A stretch of DNA of 64,000 nt from the human T2T-CHM13v2.0 reference genome, Homo sapiens. The position numbers and the translations under genes were made by a program. The stretch is taken from the NCBI RefSeq assembly GCF_009914755.1, contig NC_060938.1. One strand, 5' to 3'. Of the stretch, positions 44,909 to 64,000 are shown piece after piece. The notes below the pieces were generated by a model. The model did no database searches. It had not been told where the DNA came from and was given only the letters and a program-made list of their open reading frames with translations. Numbering within the stretch: the stretch's first letter is position 1; the number at the start of each line of letters is the position of its first letter.

Positions 44909-45666
44909 TAAGATTTTTTTTTTCCAGGCAGGATAGCGCTATCATAGTAGTTAATAGCTACTATTTATTAATTTAATTTCCTTTAAGCATATGGAATAGG
45001 CATTTTCAAAATTTAAATAACACAGCCAAAAAAGTGTTTAGTCCTCCTCCAGAAACTGGATTTCCAGGGTGCCAGGTCTAAATCTCTAGAAATCCCCTAC
45101 ATGACCAGAATAAGGCCTTCAGTGTTGATAAACTGGAAGGTTAAAGAAATTGCCTGGCTTGTATTCATTGCTATCAAATGTATTCATTCCTTGATAGCAG
45201 AGAAAGTTCTCCTTTTTGCCTTTTCTTCTGTCTCTTTTAAATCACAATACCCAAGGACCCTCAAAACAAGCACGATTTGCTTAGAATACTGCAGGCCCAC
45301 AGATTTTGGCAGGAGCCCTCCAGGCTTTGTGCGAGTGTTTGGGAGGCAAGTTAATTTTTAAGTTTATTTTTTACTTCAAAAATCTACCTACCACTTGAGT
45401 CCTTTAAGAACACATCAAGTTTGAATATAAAATAGTAAATTAATTATAACAAATGTTTATATATAAATATTTATATAAGAATATAACAACTATATATGAA
45501 TTATAACAATGTTTATGTGTATATATACATACATGTATTTATGTGTGTGTGTGTATGTGTGTGTACGTGCACAAACACACAGGCATTTTTCCACATTTTG
45601 CCAGAAATATTAAGTGGATGCAAAACTACTGGTTCTGGGCGTAGTGTCTGATGTGTATATATATGA

Positions 45667-45810
<144 letters not shown>

Positions 45811-45983
45811 TAAATTTATATATACACTTATATAAATGCCCAGAACCAGTATGTTTGCATCCACTTAGTATTTCTGGGGAAATTGCTATTTACTTGTTAT
45901 TACTGATAGGAAATGTCACTGTGTTGACAAATTCATTTTGTGCCCTTAATTTGGAAGCCTCTGTAAAGTAACTGGGAAAATCT

Positions 45984-46002
45984 GAGTGCCCTCTAGTGGT
46001 GA
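45984..46002 (-). promoter_or_regulatory. CTCF-like binding motif
   Basis: Minus strand TCACCACTAGAGGGCACTC fits CCASYAGRKGGCRS core. Confidence 0.55.
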
Positions 46003-46421
46003 GTGACCCAAATCTATGATCCCTGTGACCTAGAAGGGACTATAGATCCCTTTGTAGGTTTTAGCATGCTGAATAAAAATATACCGTGATATACAGACCA
46101 CGTTGTATATTATGGTGTATTTTCACTCAGCATGGTCTGTATATTACAGTATATTTTTATTCAACATGTAATATTCTATCTGAATTAAGCCATTCAAAGC
46201 AATTCAAAATAAATCTCTTCCTACTTGAACAAGGTACAAGTAGACAAAAAGCTTTTTGATTTAAACAGTCATCAGGAAGATAGCAAGGGCTAAAAGACAC
46301 TTCACTGGGAGTAGAGAACTCAATTTCCACTTTTGGTCTTGCCACTGACTAGCTGTGTGTATTGGACAAGACACATAACCCGCTCATCTTAAAATGAGAG
46401 AATTAAGACTAGAAGAGCTTT

Positions 46422-46743
<322 letters not shown>

Positions 46744-47257
46744 TCAGCCTTAATAGTTGATGTTGCCATGACTTTAGGTAACTGAGCTGAGTTACCTTAC
46801 ATCTAAAACAGGAAGAGAGTCTTACAAGACTAGATATTGAGAGAGTTAACGTGAATCAGAGGTGAAGGGATATGTATTATAGTTGGATGAGTTGTGTTGA
46901 TGTGTCGTATATTTACTAGATGTTTAGTAGAAATAAAGATGGGTATACTTGTCTTTGTAGCCTTCTGGTGTGTAGTATAGGTCTGTGTGATGAGCTCCAG
47001 CATTCTTGTTTGAATTAAAATTTTACGTCAAGATACACAATTTTCCCTTCATTTTACCTGGTTTCATTTTCACCCTCTCTTCCCTTCTAACCAAGTTATA
47101 TGTATTTACTGTCCTTAGGAATTACTTAGGCATATCCATCTGGCAAATTAGGAATTTTACATCATTTAGAGAGGAGAACTAAGTCTTTCTAGACCTGGAA
47201 TATTATGTCTTTGCTCCAGGTTTGATCTCACTTGTACTTCCAGTGGTCTAAAAGTAG

Positions 47258-47590
<333 letters not shown>

Positions 47591-48583
47591 TTGACATTCT
47601 TAAAAGGTTACTACCCTTAGCCATCTGAAAAATATCGGATTAAAAACCCCTGACTCTCCTCTGCTTCATACATAGTCCTTTTAAACCATCACATGTTCAA
47701 GGAGGACCTCTGCAGACTAGTTACACAGCAGAAAGATGAGGGGACCTTGTCGAAGCTCAGCTGCAGTTCCTGCTCCATCTGTGGAGGGGCGTAGACATCC
47801 TGCATCACTGTGTGGTAGCATGTAGCCAGGCACCTACTGGAGCAGCCAGCACTGCTTATATCCACTCTGCCAGGAAAGCTCCCTTAGGCCTTAAAAGGTT
47901 GAAAACAGGAAAACTGCTATAATGGCAACCTGGATTTGGTCCTTCCACCACTAACAATACATAATCTTGTTTGTGTTTGCTCAGGCTTAAGAAAGCCCTC
48001 CTTGTCAGCCCACATGGGACAGACGTGAGTTAAAGCTTGGTTTTGGTACAGGAGAAGGAAGTCAAAACCTGATCAATTCCCAGGAAGCCCCCTGTCTTTT
48101 TCTCCAGAGGCTTTTCCCCCTGATTTTTTAAGGCTAGGGAAGTTTCTGAGAACCTGTACAGTTAGACTTGGAAAAATACAGTACACCGTTTACATTTCTC
48201 CCTAGTATGGACTTGTTTTACTTCTAGTAAGACTGACATCACAGAGCAAGACAGATTGGATTTTAAAAAGAAAGGACCTAAGCATAAGAAATCAGGACAG
48301 AAACTCTGGCTTGTTGAAAAGCCTTCCAGTTAGTGGAAACCTCTGGTGCAGTGGTGTCAGGTGGGGCGGGCTGCCCCCTTGGGACCAAGCACGTCAGTGA
48401 CCTAAATCATTCACGTGCTATGAATACACTCCTGTGCACTCTTCAGTTCCACTCCACCCGCCCGGCTGAAGTGAGGCCTGAAGATTTGTGAAGCCTGTTT
48501 CTACAGGGAGACTTTGCCCCATCACATACCTTGGTAGATTTATTTAAGACTTCAAATTTTATGAATTAAGGTGTTTTTTTTAG

Positions 48584-48697
<114 letters not shown>

Positions 48698-49269
48698 ATA
48701 GCCAGGGGAGGGCACCAATGAACAGCACAGTATGGGAGACACACCAACTACTCTTCAAATCAGTGCGTACCTGCTCTACGCGTGAAGGTACAGAAAACCT
48801 CCACGGCCTTTTCAGTATTTGGTGCCTTTAAAGAGGCCTAAGGACTTAGTTTATTTGGGCTAGACTGGAATGCAGCAGTACTGCCTTCAGGCCTGGACAG
48901 CCAGGGGCTCCTCGGGCCCTGTGCTCTAGAAGGCCCATTCTATGTCTGCTTCGCCAGCACCCTTTCCCCATCATGGGGCAGATGCCCACCAGCCCTCACT
49001 ATCTACTGCTTGACCATCCTCTGACTTCCTGGGCCCCTAGAATTTATAAGGTCCCTAGATATCCCAGAACCTGCCACCATGGCCTCTGCAAGCCTCTCCT
49101 CCACCTTCACCCCAAGACTAGGGGCAGGAATGATAAGAAGGCTGGGTGGTAGCTGGGATGTCCCACCTACGTGCCTGGGGAGAGAAGCAAGAGCAGGCTG
49201 GAGTCTCTACTTTGTATTCTTGTGAGGCACAAATATAGGCTAGAATCCAGGCCCCACAAATATAGGCTA

Positions 49270-49631
<362 letters not shown>

Positions 49632-50149
49632 TTATAAACTCAAAATCTCAAAGACTGAGCAGTTGATTCTAGAGCCCTAAAGCTCTGGTGGGTTGTGTGA
49701 AAAAACCCTGATTCATGTCCCTTCTATTGCAGTTGAGGGTGGGACATAGGAAGGGCATCAATGCTGTGTGCACTCTCTGTGACTCCGCCAGCATCTGCCA
49801 TGGTGCTTCCTGGAGAATGATGGTGTGCAGGCAACAGTGATCAGCACCACCATGGTTTGCAGACAGGCCTCGATCAGGCCCACTGTGGGCATCTACCTCT
49901 AGTTCCATCAGCTTCCTAAAATCTGAAATACTTTTAGAGATCCGGAAACCAGAATAGGGTTTCTCCAAGTGGGAGATAATGTCAGCCTGATTTAATGAGA
50001 AATTGCAAAAATACTTGTTCAAACTGAGGCTATAGGAATACCAGCCAGAAGAACAAACAAATTCTTCAGGGAAGCATCCAGCACTGAAGTGGCAGCTTCT
50101 AAATGAACTGAAATTTTCTGCATGTTCTCTCAGAAAGTTACAGTGTTAA

Positions 50150-50532
<383 letters not shown>

Positions 50533-52768
50533 TGATATTATCAGAAAAGAGTAAACCAGCTCCACTTTCCTTGAAGGTTATATTTAGAGTCGTAGGAGCC
50601 GGATACTTTGGAGCTAGGAGAAACCTACACAATCATCAGGTAAAAACCTCACTTTTAAAAATTAATGTAAAAAAATTTTTTTACAGTCAGGGTCTTGCTC
50701 TGTTGCCCAGGCTTGAGTGCAGTGTTGTGATCATAGCTCACTGCAGCCTCAAACTCCTGGGCTCAAGCAATCCTTCCACCTCAGCTTCCAGAGTAGGAAA
50801 ACAAAAATATCAAGGAAAAAAAAAATAGTTCTGGGAATACAGACATGCACCACCACACCCAGCTGGCTAATTTAAAAAAATTTTTTAAAATAAAAACAGC
50901 ATTTCACTATGTTGCCTAGGCTGGTCTTGAACTCTGGAGCTCAAGCGATCCTCCCACCTTGGCCTCCCATAGGGCTGGGTGAGTCACTGTTGGCTGGTGT
51001 AAAACCTCACTTTTTAGATAAAAAGGCTGAGGTCCAAAGAGGTTCTGTGACATGTCCCAATCCATAGAGCTACTTTAGGGAAGAGCTGGTACTAGTTTCT
51101 GGGTTTCTAGGGCCCTTGACTCTAGGATTATAAATTGGGTAGGTTAAATTTGACTTTTTTTTCTTTTTATTTTTCTTCTCTGAGACGGAGCTTTGCTCTG
51201 TTGTCCGTGCTGGAGTGCAGTGGTGCAATCTCAACTCATTGCAACCTCTGTCTCCCACGTTCAGGTTATCCTCCTGCCTTAGCCTCCTGAGTAGCTGGAA
51301 TTACAAGCCTGCCACCATGCCTGGCTAATTTTTGTATTTTTAATAGACACAGGATTTTGCCATTTTGGCCAGGCTGGTCTTGATCCCCTGACCTCAAGTG
51401 ATCTGTCCACCTTGGCCTCCCAAAGTGTTGGGATTACAGGTGTGAGCCACTGCACCTGGCCTAAATTTGACATATTTTTAAAAAATTAATCATCTGGAGT
51501 AGACTGTGGCAATTTAGTCTCTAATAAAACATGCCTGTCACCATGGTGCCTTGGTGTTGTCGAAGCTTTTTTGTGAATAAGGGGAGATGTTTTAGAGAAA
51601 TGCCTTTGGTTGGAAGAGTCAGAAAGGATGAAAAAATTTGAGAGTATCTGTGAATGTCTTGTTGAGAACATGCTCTCCAAAAGTGGAGTTCACATTCAGA
51701 TTTCAAAACATCTTTTTTCCTTTTGAAAATATTAAATGGAAAGCCTCGTTGCCAGAGAGTGAGGACTGGCCTGTGGGTCCGAGGGAACGTGTGCAGCTGT
51801 TCCTCCATGGGAAGGGCAGGCATTGAGAGACGAGGGACCCAGGGCCTTCTCCAGCATGGGAGCTCTAGCCAGGGCCATGGTGGGTGATGAGAGTCTTGGA
51901 TAGGAACAGTCCCCAGGATTCAGCCAGTACCCCGGAAGATGTGAACGTTGCAAATCTGACAGTTCTGCCTCCAGGTTTTTTTTGGCTCCCACTAGCCTTG
52001 ACCACTTTCCTGTTTCCTTTCAGGAGCCCGCTAGGTGCCATATTCATCCGCCAGCATTCCTCACCACCAGGTCCCTCTGCTTTAACCCTATTCCTTTTGT
52101 TCCATTTTTGTGGGTTCTGTTTTAGTCAGGAATAGTGACAGCAAGTTATGAGAAGCAAGAGAGATTTAGGGGAAAAATGAGAATAATAACAGGCTCGTTG
52201 ACCCACCTCTGACTTTCATATTTAATTTTGCATAAGCCTACATAAACTTTAAGCAAAACCACAGCTGGGTATCCTGTTGTTCTCAGAATATGAGTAGGCC
52301 TTTAATGAAAACCTACTTTAAAAAAAGATAACAGCCAGGCGCGGTGGCTCACGCCTGTAGTCCAAGCACTTTGGGAGGCTGAGGCAGGCGGATCACCTGA
52401 GGTCAGGAGTTCGAGACCAGCCTGGCCAACATGGTGAAACCTCACTTCTACTAAAAATACAAAAATTAGCGGGGCGTGGTGGCACGCACCAGTAATCCCA
52501 GCTACTCAGGAGGCTGAGGCGGGAGGATCGCTTGAACCTGGGAGGCGGAGGTTACAGTGAGCCAAGATTGCACCACTGCTCTCCAGCCTGGGCAACAGAG
52601 TAAGACTCCATCTCAAAAAAAAAAAAAAAAAAAAAAAAGTCCTTTTCAGTGGCCTCATTAGCAAGAGACAAAATGTGAACAGGGCCGGGCACAGTGGCTC
52701 ATGCTTGTAATTCCAGCACTTTGTGAGGCCGAGAAAGGCAAAGTGCCGCACTTCAGCCCAGGGGTTCA

Positions 52769-53005
<237 letters not shown>

Positions 53006-53736
53006 CTATACTACAAGAAGAATGTCTCCAGGACTATGCAGAATCTTCATGATGATAGCCTTCTATATGGTAGTATTTTCTGGGGGAAATGTGAACACAG
53101 TGGCCCTTGGCCACTTACCTAATTTGGTGGGAAATTAAAGTATGAATAATGAGAAAGCAAGTTTTCCCACCCTACATATTTTGTTAAAGAACACTTAGCT
53201 AGAATATTTTTTAAAAAAAGAAATAAAATGAGAAACCAAGGGATCTGAGACCCAAATCTAGAGTTAGAAATTGTAGTTTCTAGGTTGGTCTCTGCCGTGG
53301 AATTCCTTTTGAGGTTCCATTTGAGTCTGTGCTGCTCAGTTTCTCACTTGTTAAAGGATAATTTGATTGCCACTATGGTGTTAAAATACTTATGATGGAA
53401 AAGTGTTTTATTTTCCAGAGATCAAAATTCCAATGTTGGGGCCAGGCGTGGTGGCTCACGCCTGTAATCCCAGAACTTTGGGAGGCTGAGGCAGGCAGAT
53501 CACTTGAGGTCAGGAGTTATAGAGACCAGCCTGGCCAACATGGCAAAACCTCGTCTCTACTAAAGATACAAAAAAACTAGCTGGGTGTGGTGGCACATGC
53601 CTGTACTCCCAGCTACTCAGGAGGCTGAGGCACAAGAGTTCCTTGAACCTAGGAGATGGAGGTTACAGTGAGCCTAGATCACCCCACTCCACTCTAGCCT
53701 GAGCAACAGAGAGAAGCTGCGTCTAAAAAAAGATAA

Positions 53737-54111
<375 letters not shown>

Positions 54112-56713
54112 TAAAAAGTTGATTTCAAGTGGCACTAATATTCCAGGAGCCCTACGATGTTCAATTCCAATCCACATGATGTGAAAATTCAGAAAGGCTC
54201 TTAGGTTTCTAGGTTGGGAGAAAGTGGACTTCAGTAACTCCGCTCTTTGGGAGATTGTTTCTAGCTCATGTCAGCTCAACCTTAGGGAGCCCATGAAAGA
54301 AAACAAGTTGCCTGAGGATCTTTAGAGTCAGTCAAGTTCATTATAGCCTGAAGGTAAGACTGTCTTTCAATAGCCATTCTGAGCTCACTACATTAGTATA
54401 CCAACAGTCTGGGCCCTTCTTACTTCCTCCTATTTCAAATGTCACCATTGCAGTGTGTTTATTCCATGGGCTTAGCATATAGGGTATTTTTTGGTCCCTG
54501 CTTACCTGGCACATGGCCTAAATGCCATTACTCTTGGCCTCACCAGGGTGTACAAGTTGCTCATAAACCAAATCAAGATGTAAACAACAGCTGGATTCTT
54601 ATTTTAAAAGAGTCACAAGATTCCAGGGGGAAATCAGCTTTCAGGCCTTTGCCTCACATTGGATTTGGTCTGTAGTTTCCCCATATAGTGCCAGAAAGCT
54701 GCATGATTATTAGAGTTTGAGTCAGATACACAGATACACAGGCACAGTCACATGTCCACAGTATACAGTGACCTCACTGAGCAACTCATGTTTCCAGGAT
54801 GTTGGGAAATTGACTTGCTGGAGGACCTTGTCCTTGTTCCTTGTAATGTGGGGATGTCAGTGGTTTATATGATTTAGCAGTAAATTCTGATCTGAATTTC
54901 AAAACAATTGGGCAGTTGCTCAAGGGGACATCTGAACAGCAGATCATCTGCTTGCCAAAGATGGGGCAGTCCACAGAGCAGCTTGATCCCCGAACTAATT
55001 CATGGGTTAAAATTAGATTTCCTTGTATCTCAAAGAAAGTTATCTTGGAGAAGGCGACATTTTCAAAGGCACTAAGGCTTTCATTGCCCTTAGTGAATAT
55101 AACAGGAAGGTTCTCCAGGCCATTTTTCACGTAGCCACCTGTGCTTCTTAGCTCTGCCTTTCTATATATACCTGGCTGCCATTCCCACTTTGTCTCACCT
55201 AAGTTCTGGCTTCTGGGTCTAGTGAACAGGTTAGAGTCAAGGGCCTAACATTCCAGTCCCAGTTTGGCCGTGGGACAAAGCAATCATCTGTATAATTGAA
55301 AGACAGTATTAATAGGTATATCAGAATAACGCTTTTTTTTTTTTTTCTGGGTCACTTAAGGACAGTTCCCATGGGTCCTTGGAAAACAGTTTATTCTGCT
55401 GGAGGACTATTTGCACAGAGCTTAATGAGATATTCACACAGAGCCTAATAAAAACTTTAAAGTCATTCACCATTTGTCCTATTCTGTGTAGTTGCACTTC
55501 ACTAAGCAAATACAGTGTAGACTTTGAATATCTGGTCTGGTTGAAAAAAATCAAAGGGAACAATTCACTTTACAAAGATTTAATTTTGAACTCCGCTAGT
55601 GCATTTAATTACCTATTTGTTGAATGAAGTTTATTTGAAACAATCTGTCAACTGTTTTTGTTTTTGTAACAGACCAGGATCATGCTCTTTAAGTAGACAG
55701 AGAACTTCAGATATTAAGGTGTAAAACTGAGAAACATTCATTGTCATCATCTCATTCCAGTTCCCCTTCTTTCACCAAAGAAAAGTTAGGTATTCAGTTG
55801 AAGGGATTCTTGAGGGAAGTATTTAGTTCTTTGTGGTTTGCTAGACATCATAGTCTAACAATATTTTCTTCTTTCCCCATGCCCCATACTAACTTCCCAG
55901 TAAGAACACCTGTAAGCCAAAGTGGCTCCATCATTCTCAAATGACTTCTTAGAACTACCCATTTGTAAGAGATACTGTCTTGAAATCCAGAAATTTTATT
56001 ATGCCCTGCCTTCTTCATTCATTTTCTCCTCATAGTTATTTTTACATCAGTCTGTCTGACAGAGAAGAAAACTGAAGGTACAAGGCATTTATTTTGGGGT
56101 GGAGGTTTGGGGGCTGAGGAGGGAGGTGTCTAGCCCCTCCTGAGGAGCCTATAAGCAGAGCAGTCAAGCCCAAGCTTTGGGTTTAAATTCAAACCTGGCA
56201 TTTACTAGCCATGTGACCTTGGACTATGCTTTGAACCTGTTTGATCCTGGGTAAACTGAGGATAATATGTAACAACATACATCAGAGATTTGTAGAGGGC
56301 TGAAACTCAACACACTGTCTGGAACGGGAGTATTCAACAAATCGTTGCTACTGTTACTATTATTGTCTGGGAAGACAACACTATTTTTGAGTTAAGGTCA
56401 TTCTCTTGCCACATGACACTGCTGTGTTCTCTAGCACTTAGTAGACCCCCTATCCCTTTGGTTAAAAAATGTAGCTGTTTCATTTTTATCTCTACTTATC
56501 CTGTTAGCTTAACCAAGGTGAAACTAGGTATGTATATATGAAGGTAACAATTTCTAATATGGATGCCAGTTTTAAATTTAATTTCAGAAATTTTGTACAA
56601 AAAACCTCATGCTTAGGCTAATTTACACTGGGAACACTCTAGGTTAAGCCATAAATTTTTACTGAATGTTAATAATTTTTAACTTTAAACTAATTTCCTT
56701 AATATAACCGTAG

Positions 56714-56842
56714 ATAATGTTTAATTTGGATAAAGTACACATCATTTTGGATGAGATGGTGTTAAATGGCTGCATTGTGGAAACTAACAGGGCAAGAATT
56801 CTTGCCCCTCTACTAATTCTTGATAAGATGTCAGAAAGCTGA
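56714..56842 (+). CDS. AP4S1: AP4S1 terminal coding exon ([42 protein letters not shown]), 144-aa isoform
   Basis: U12 acceptor; FN-x-x-K-x-x-x-ILDEM-x-x-x-G-x-I-x-ET sigma-adaptin C-terminal motif; TGA 56840-56842. Confidence 0.96.
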   Translation: MMFNLDKVHIILDEMVLNGCIVETNRARILAPLLILDKMSES

Positions 56843-57213
56843 AAGGAAGTCTCTTCGAGACAATATGGATTTATCAGAAATGCGAGTACCGTGGAATACA
56901 TCTCAACATGTTAACCCAGAAGAATCTGGAAGACCACAATTACAAAATGGGGTATCCTTCCAAAGACATTATAAATAGGCATTTTCCACAGTTCCTAAAA
57001 AGAAAACACAACTGTACTTTAAAATATGTACAAAGAAAAAAATTTCTTTAAACTGAGAGAGAAGTTTTATTTTCTAATTGTAAACATATCTGTCGCACTT
57101 TAAATTCTGTTGAGCACCTAAGGAACCCTTCTTGGTCTATGCTTCTTTTGCAAATTGAATTCAGGAATAGCAGGATGGTAGTGGGAAGAAAGTATGGCAG
57201 TTTTCCGTCAGCC

Positions 57214-57219
57214 AATAAA
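57214..57219 (+). terminator. AP4S1: Proximal poly(A) signal AATAAA of AP4S1 main 3'UTR
   Basis: AATAAA ~370 nt after stop in non-repetitive sequence, followed by T/GT-rich sequence, just before the Alu block. Confidence 0.7.
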
Positions 57220-57272
57220 GTTTTAAAATTTAAACACAAGGCATTTTGAGTAACGCTGTTTTCTGAAAGCTA

Positions 57273-59920
<2,648 letters not shown>

Positions 59921-60136
59921 GTAGAAAGCAAGAAAGTGTCTCTGTACAGGTAGGCATGAAATGAATCCTTCTCTTCCTCCCCTTTACTCCTTTAACCCCT
60001 TCTCCTGCAATGTCTTGAAGTAAATTACTGTCATTACAGAAGAGCAATGCACTGCATCCCCCCAAAACCTTTCTATATGCTTTTGCTACCCCGTTAACAG
60101 AAGAATATACAGAACTGTCTTAGGCGAAAGTATGTA

Positions 60137-61161
<1,025 letters not shown>

Positions 61162-61437
61162 TATATATGCATGTAGGGGTGGGAGGTCAGGTGCAATGAA
61201 GAAAGTAGAAATCTTTTTCCTTTAAATATAGAGACGGGGTCTCACTATGTTCCCCAGGCTGGTCTCAAACTCCTGGGCTCAAGCAATCCTCTCACCTCAG
61301 CCTCCCAAAGTGCAAGAATTACAGGCATGAGCTACCCTGCCCGGCCAAAGTCTATTTTTGGTATATTAAGATACTGTCCCAGCCTATGGAATGATCCAAT
61401 AGTTCATTCTTCTGTGACACTCCAGCCTCTAAAATAG

Positions 61438-61870
<433 letters not shown>

Positions 61871-62484
61871 TAAAAATGCAGTCAGTCAATAGTGGACTCC
61901 AAACCTGAGTTGTTTTTGGACTCGTTCAGGAAGGCAAAAGGAAGGCTTCTGACCTGTGGGAACAGTGAGTGGTCTGTGTGTACAGATACACCTTTGTATC
62001 AAGTAGCCAAGGTCTGGGGAAAGCCCAGCGTAGACCGAAGTGCTATGGAGGGTCTTTCTCAGACACATTAGCTGGGAAACACTGTCCTAGTTGGTAGGTA
62101 CTTCATCAGTTGCACATTCAGGTAACTGCTGAAACTGGTACACCAGAGTAGCTAGGGAGTGAACAAAATTAATTTTTGGGTCACACCAAAATAGTAGTTG
62201 AATTACATCTCGGCACAGATTTTAGAACCTTGAGAGAATAACAGTTAAAAAAAATAGTTGGTAGGTATCATAGGAAACAATATTTAAGAACTTACAGTTG
62301 AGGTGGAGACCCCGGTAGATGTCTCAGAACACTTGACTCATGCATATGTGTTCTTACAGGCTGTGTCGCCATATAACTTCACTAAGATGCTTTAAGTGAC
62401 TTTTCATACTTATATTTGGCCAGCCTTACCTTGTTCTTGGACTTTTTCTGAGGAAGACTCCTAATATTTCAAAAACAGCTATGA

Positions 62485-62809
<325 letters not shown>

Positions 62810-62848
62810 TAAAGTTATCAATTTATCTGCTGTAGCTACCTGCCAGAC

Positions 62849-63139
62849 CAGGGTTCAGCAAGCTTTTTCTGTAAAAGGCCAAATAGTAAATATTTTAGGC
62901 TTCGTGGACCATATGGTCTCTGCTAACTACTCAATTCTGCCATTGAAGTGCAAAAGCAACCATGTAAATGAATGTACGTGGCTGTGTTTATTTGTGGACA
63001 CTGAAATTTAAATTTCATAATTTTCACATAAAATATTATTCTTTTGATTTTTTTTCCCCAACAATTAAAAAATTTTAAAGCCATGCTTAGCCATGAGCCA
63101 TTCAAAAACAGGCAGCAGGCCATAGTTCGCTAACCCTGG
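62849..63139. mobile_element. MER58B-like hAT-Charlie element
   Basis: TIR-like cagggttcagcaa...ttcgctaaccctg; near 8-bp TSD tgccagac/tgccaggc; internal ctgtaaaaggccaaatagtaaatattttaggc. Confidence 0.7.
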
Positions 63140-63919
63140 TGCCAGGCTAGTCTTGGTAAAAGCTGACTACTGATAGACATCTTAGAGACTTGTAATTATA
63201 GCAGAAGATATCTCTCATAGGCAGAGAATTTGCCTTTTAAACAGGTCGATACTGGGCAATTTCAAACATGCTTTTGGTTCCTTAAAAAACCATTTGAGCC
63301 AGGTGTGGTGATACACATCTGTAATCCCAGCTACTCCAGAAGCTGTGGTGGCAGGACTGCTTGAACCTAGGAGTTTGAGACCAGCCTGGGTAACACAGCA
63401 AGAGCCTGTCTTTAAGAGAAAAAAAAAAAAAAAAAAAAGCTATTTGGCTAAATCAGGCCTAGTGTCTTTCCTTTCACCTATAAGCACAGATATGGTAATA
63501 ACTGGAATTTGGAAAATCTACTTTGGAATTTGGAAATACAGTCCCTTCTTCAAAACCAGAAAACAGCGGTATCCCCGTGTTTTGACACACAACATTTAAA
63601 AATCATTCTTGGATCTCACTTACATCCTTACTTATATATCCTTATAGATACAATAGTTAAGTTGTGGATCTGGTGTTTTTTAAAAAAAATAACACAAGTA
63701 ACTGGTCAGTTCTAGCTGAGGCATACTTTAAAACTGAACCCAACCATTGGATCACAAGTGTGTGAATATATATTTCTTCTAGCCTTTCAATTTTAATACC
63801 CGTATTTACTATAGAAAAACACATTTCTTTATGTAGTAATTTCAGAAAACTTTGGATGATTCAAAATGACAAGTACCTGCTAAAGCTCTTAAGTCTGATG
63901 ACTGCATTGAAATAGTCAC

Positions 63920-64000
63920 ATGACACAGTTCTGTACGCTGCAAACATTTTAATGATTATTGTTGAGCATACATTTTGGAAATTTTTTACTTCAAACGGCA
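63920..64000 (-). other. HECTD1: Probable 3' end (3'UTR tip and ATTAAA signal) of convergent gene, likely HECTD1
   Basis: Minus-strand ATTAAA at 63948-63953 followed by tgtttgcagcgtaca and a GT-rich element (actgtgtcatgtg); HECTD1 is the known tail-to-tail neighbour of AP4S1. No coding sequence visible. Confidence 0.5.

Noticed and set aside
46756-46800. Short inverted repeat aggtaact...agttacct
   Set aside because: 8-bp stem is expected by chance in 64 kb.
54786-55627. Several non-repeat ORFs of 72-114 aa on both strands, possible pseudogene
   Set aside because: No recognisable protein family, poly(A) tail or TSD; lengths compatible with chance. A tblastn/blastx search would settle it.
56659-56901. 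80-aa minus-strand ORF
   Set aside because: Antisense shadow of the terminal AP4S1 exon.

Overview
Human (primate) Alu-dense genomic DNA containing the distal part of intron 1 and all coding exons of AP4S1 (AP-4 adaptor complex sigma-1 subunit) on the + strand; the non-coding first exon and promoter are not in the window. The main spliced ORF (29999-30136, 33644-33730, 36707-36775, 44380-44391, 56714-56842) gives a 144-aa protein. The most striking structure is at the 3' end of the gene. A 12-nt microexon is followed by a 12.3-kb U12-type (minor spliceosome) GT-AG intron. A competing U2 donor 60 nt downstream can feed an alternative terminal exon (159-aa isoform) and an antisense-Alu exon (149-aa ORF), both nested inside the U12 intron. 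Other observations: an Alu-L1 chimeric insertion under one TSD, several templated-copy scars (116-bp direct, 50-bp direct, 40-bp inverted), a 104-nt hairpin, a CTCF-like site, young AluY elements, transposon-derived poly(A) signals, and a probable convergent transcript end (likely HECTD1) in the last ~80 bp. Nearly all listed ORFs are Alu/L1 translation artefacts. Only a selection of the many Alus is itemised; repeat-family calls were made by eye.
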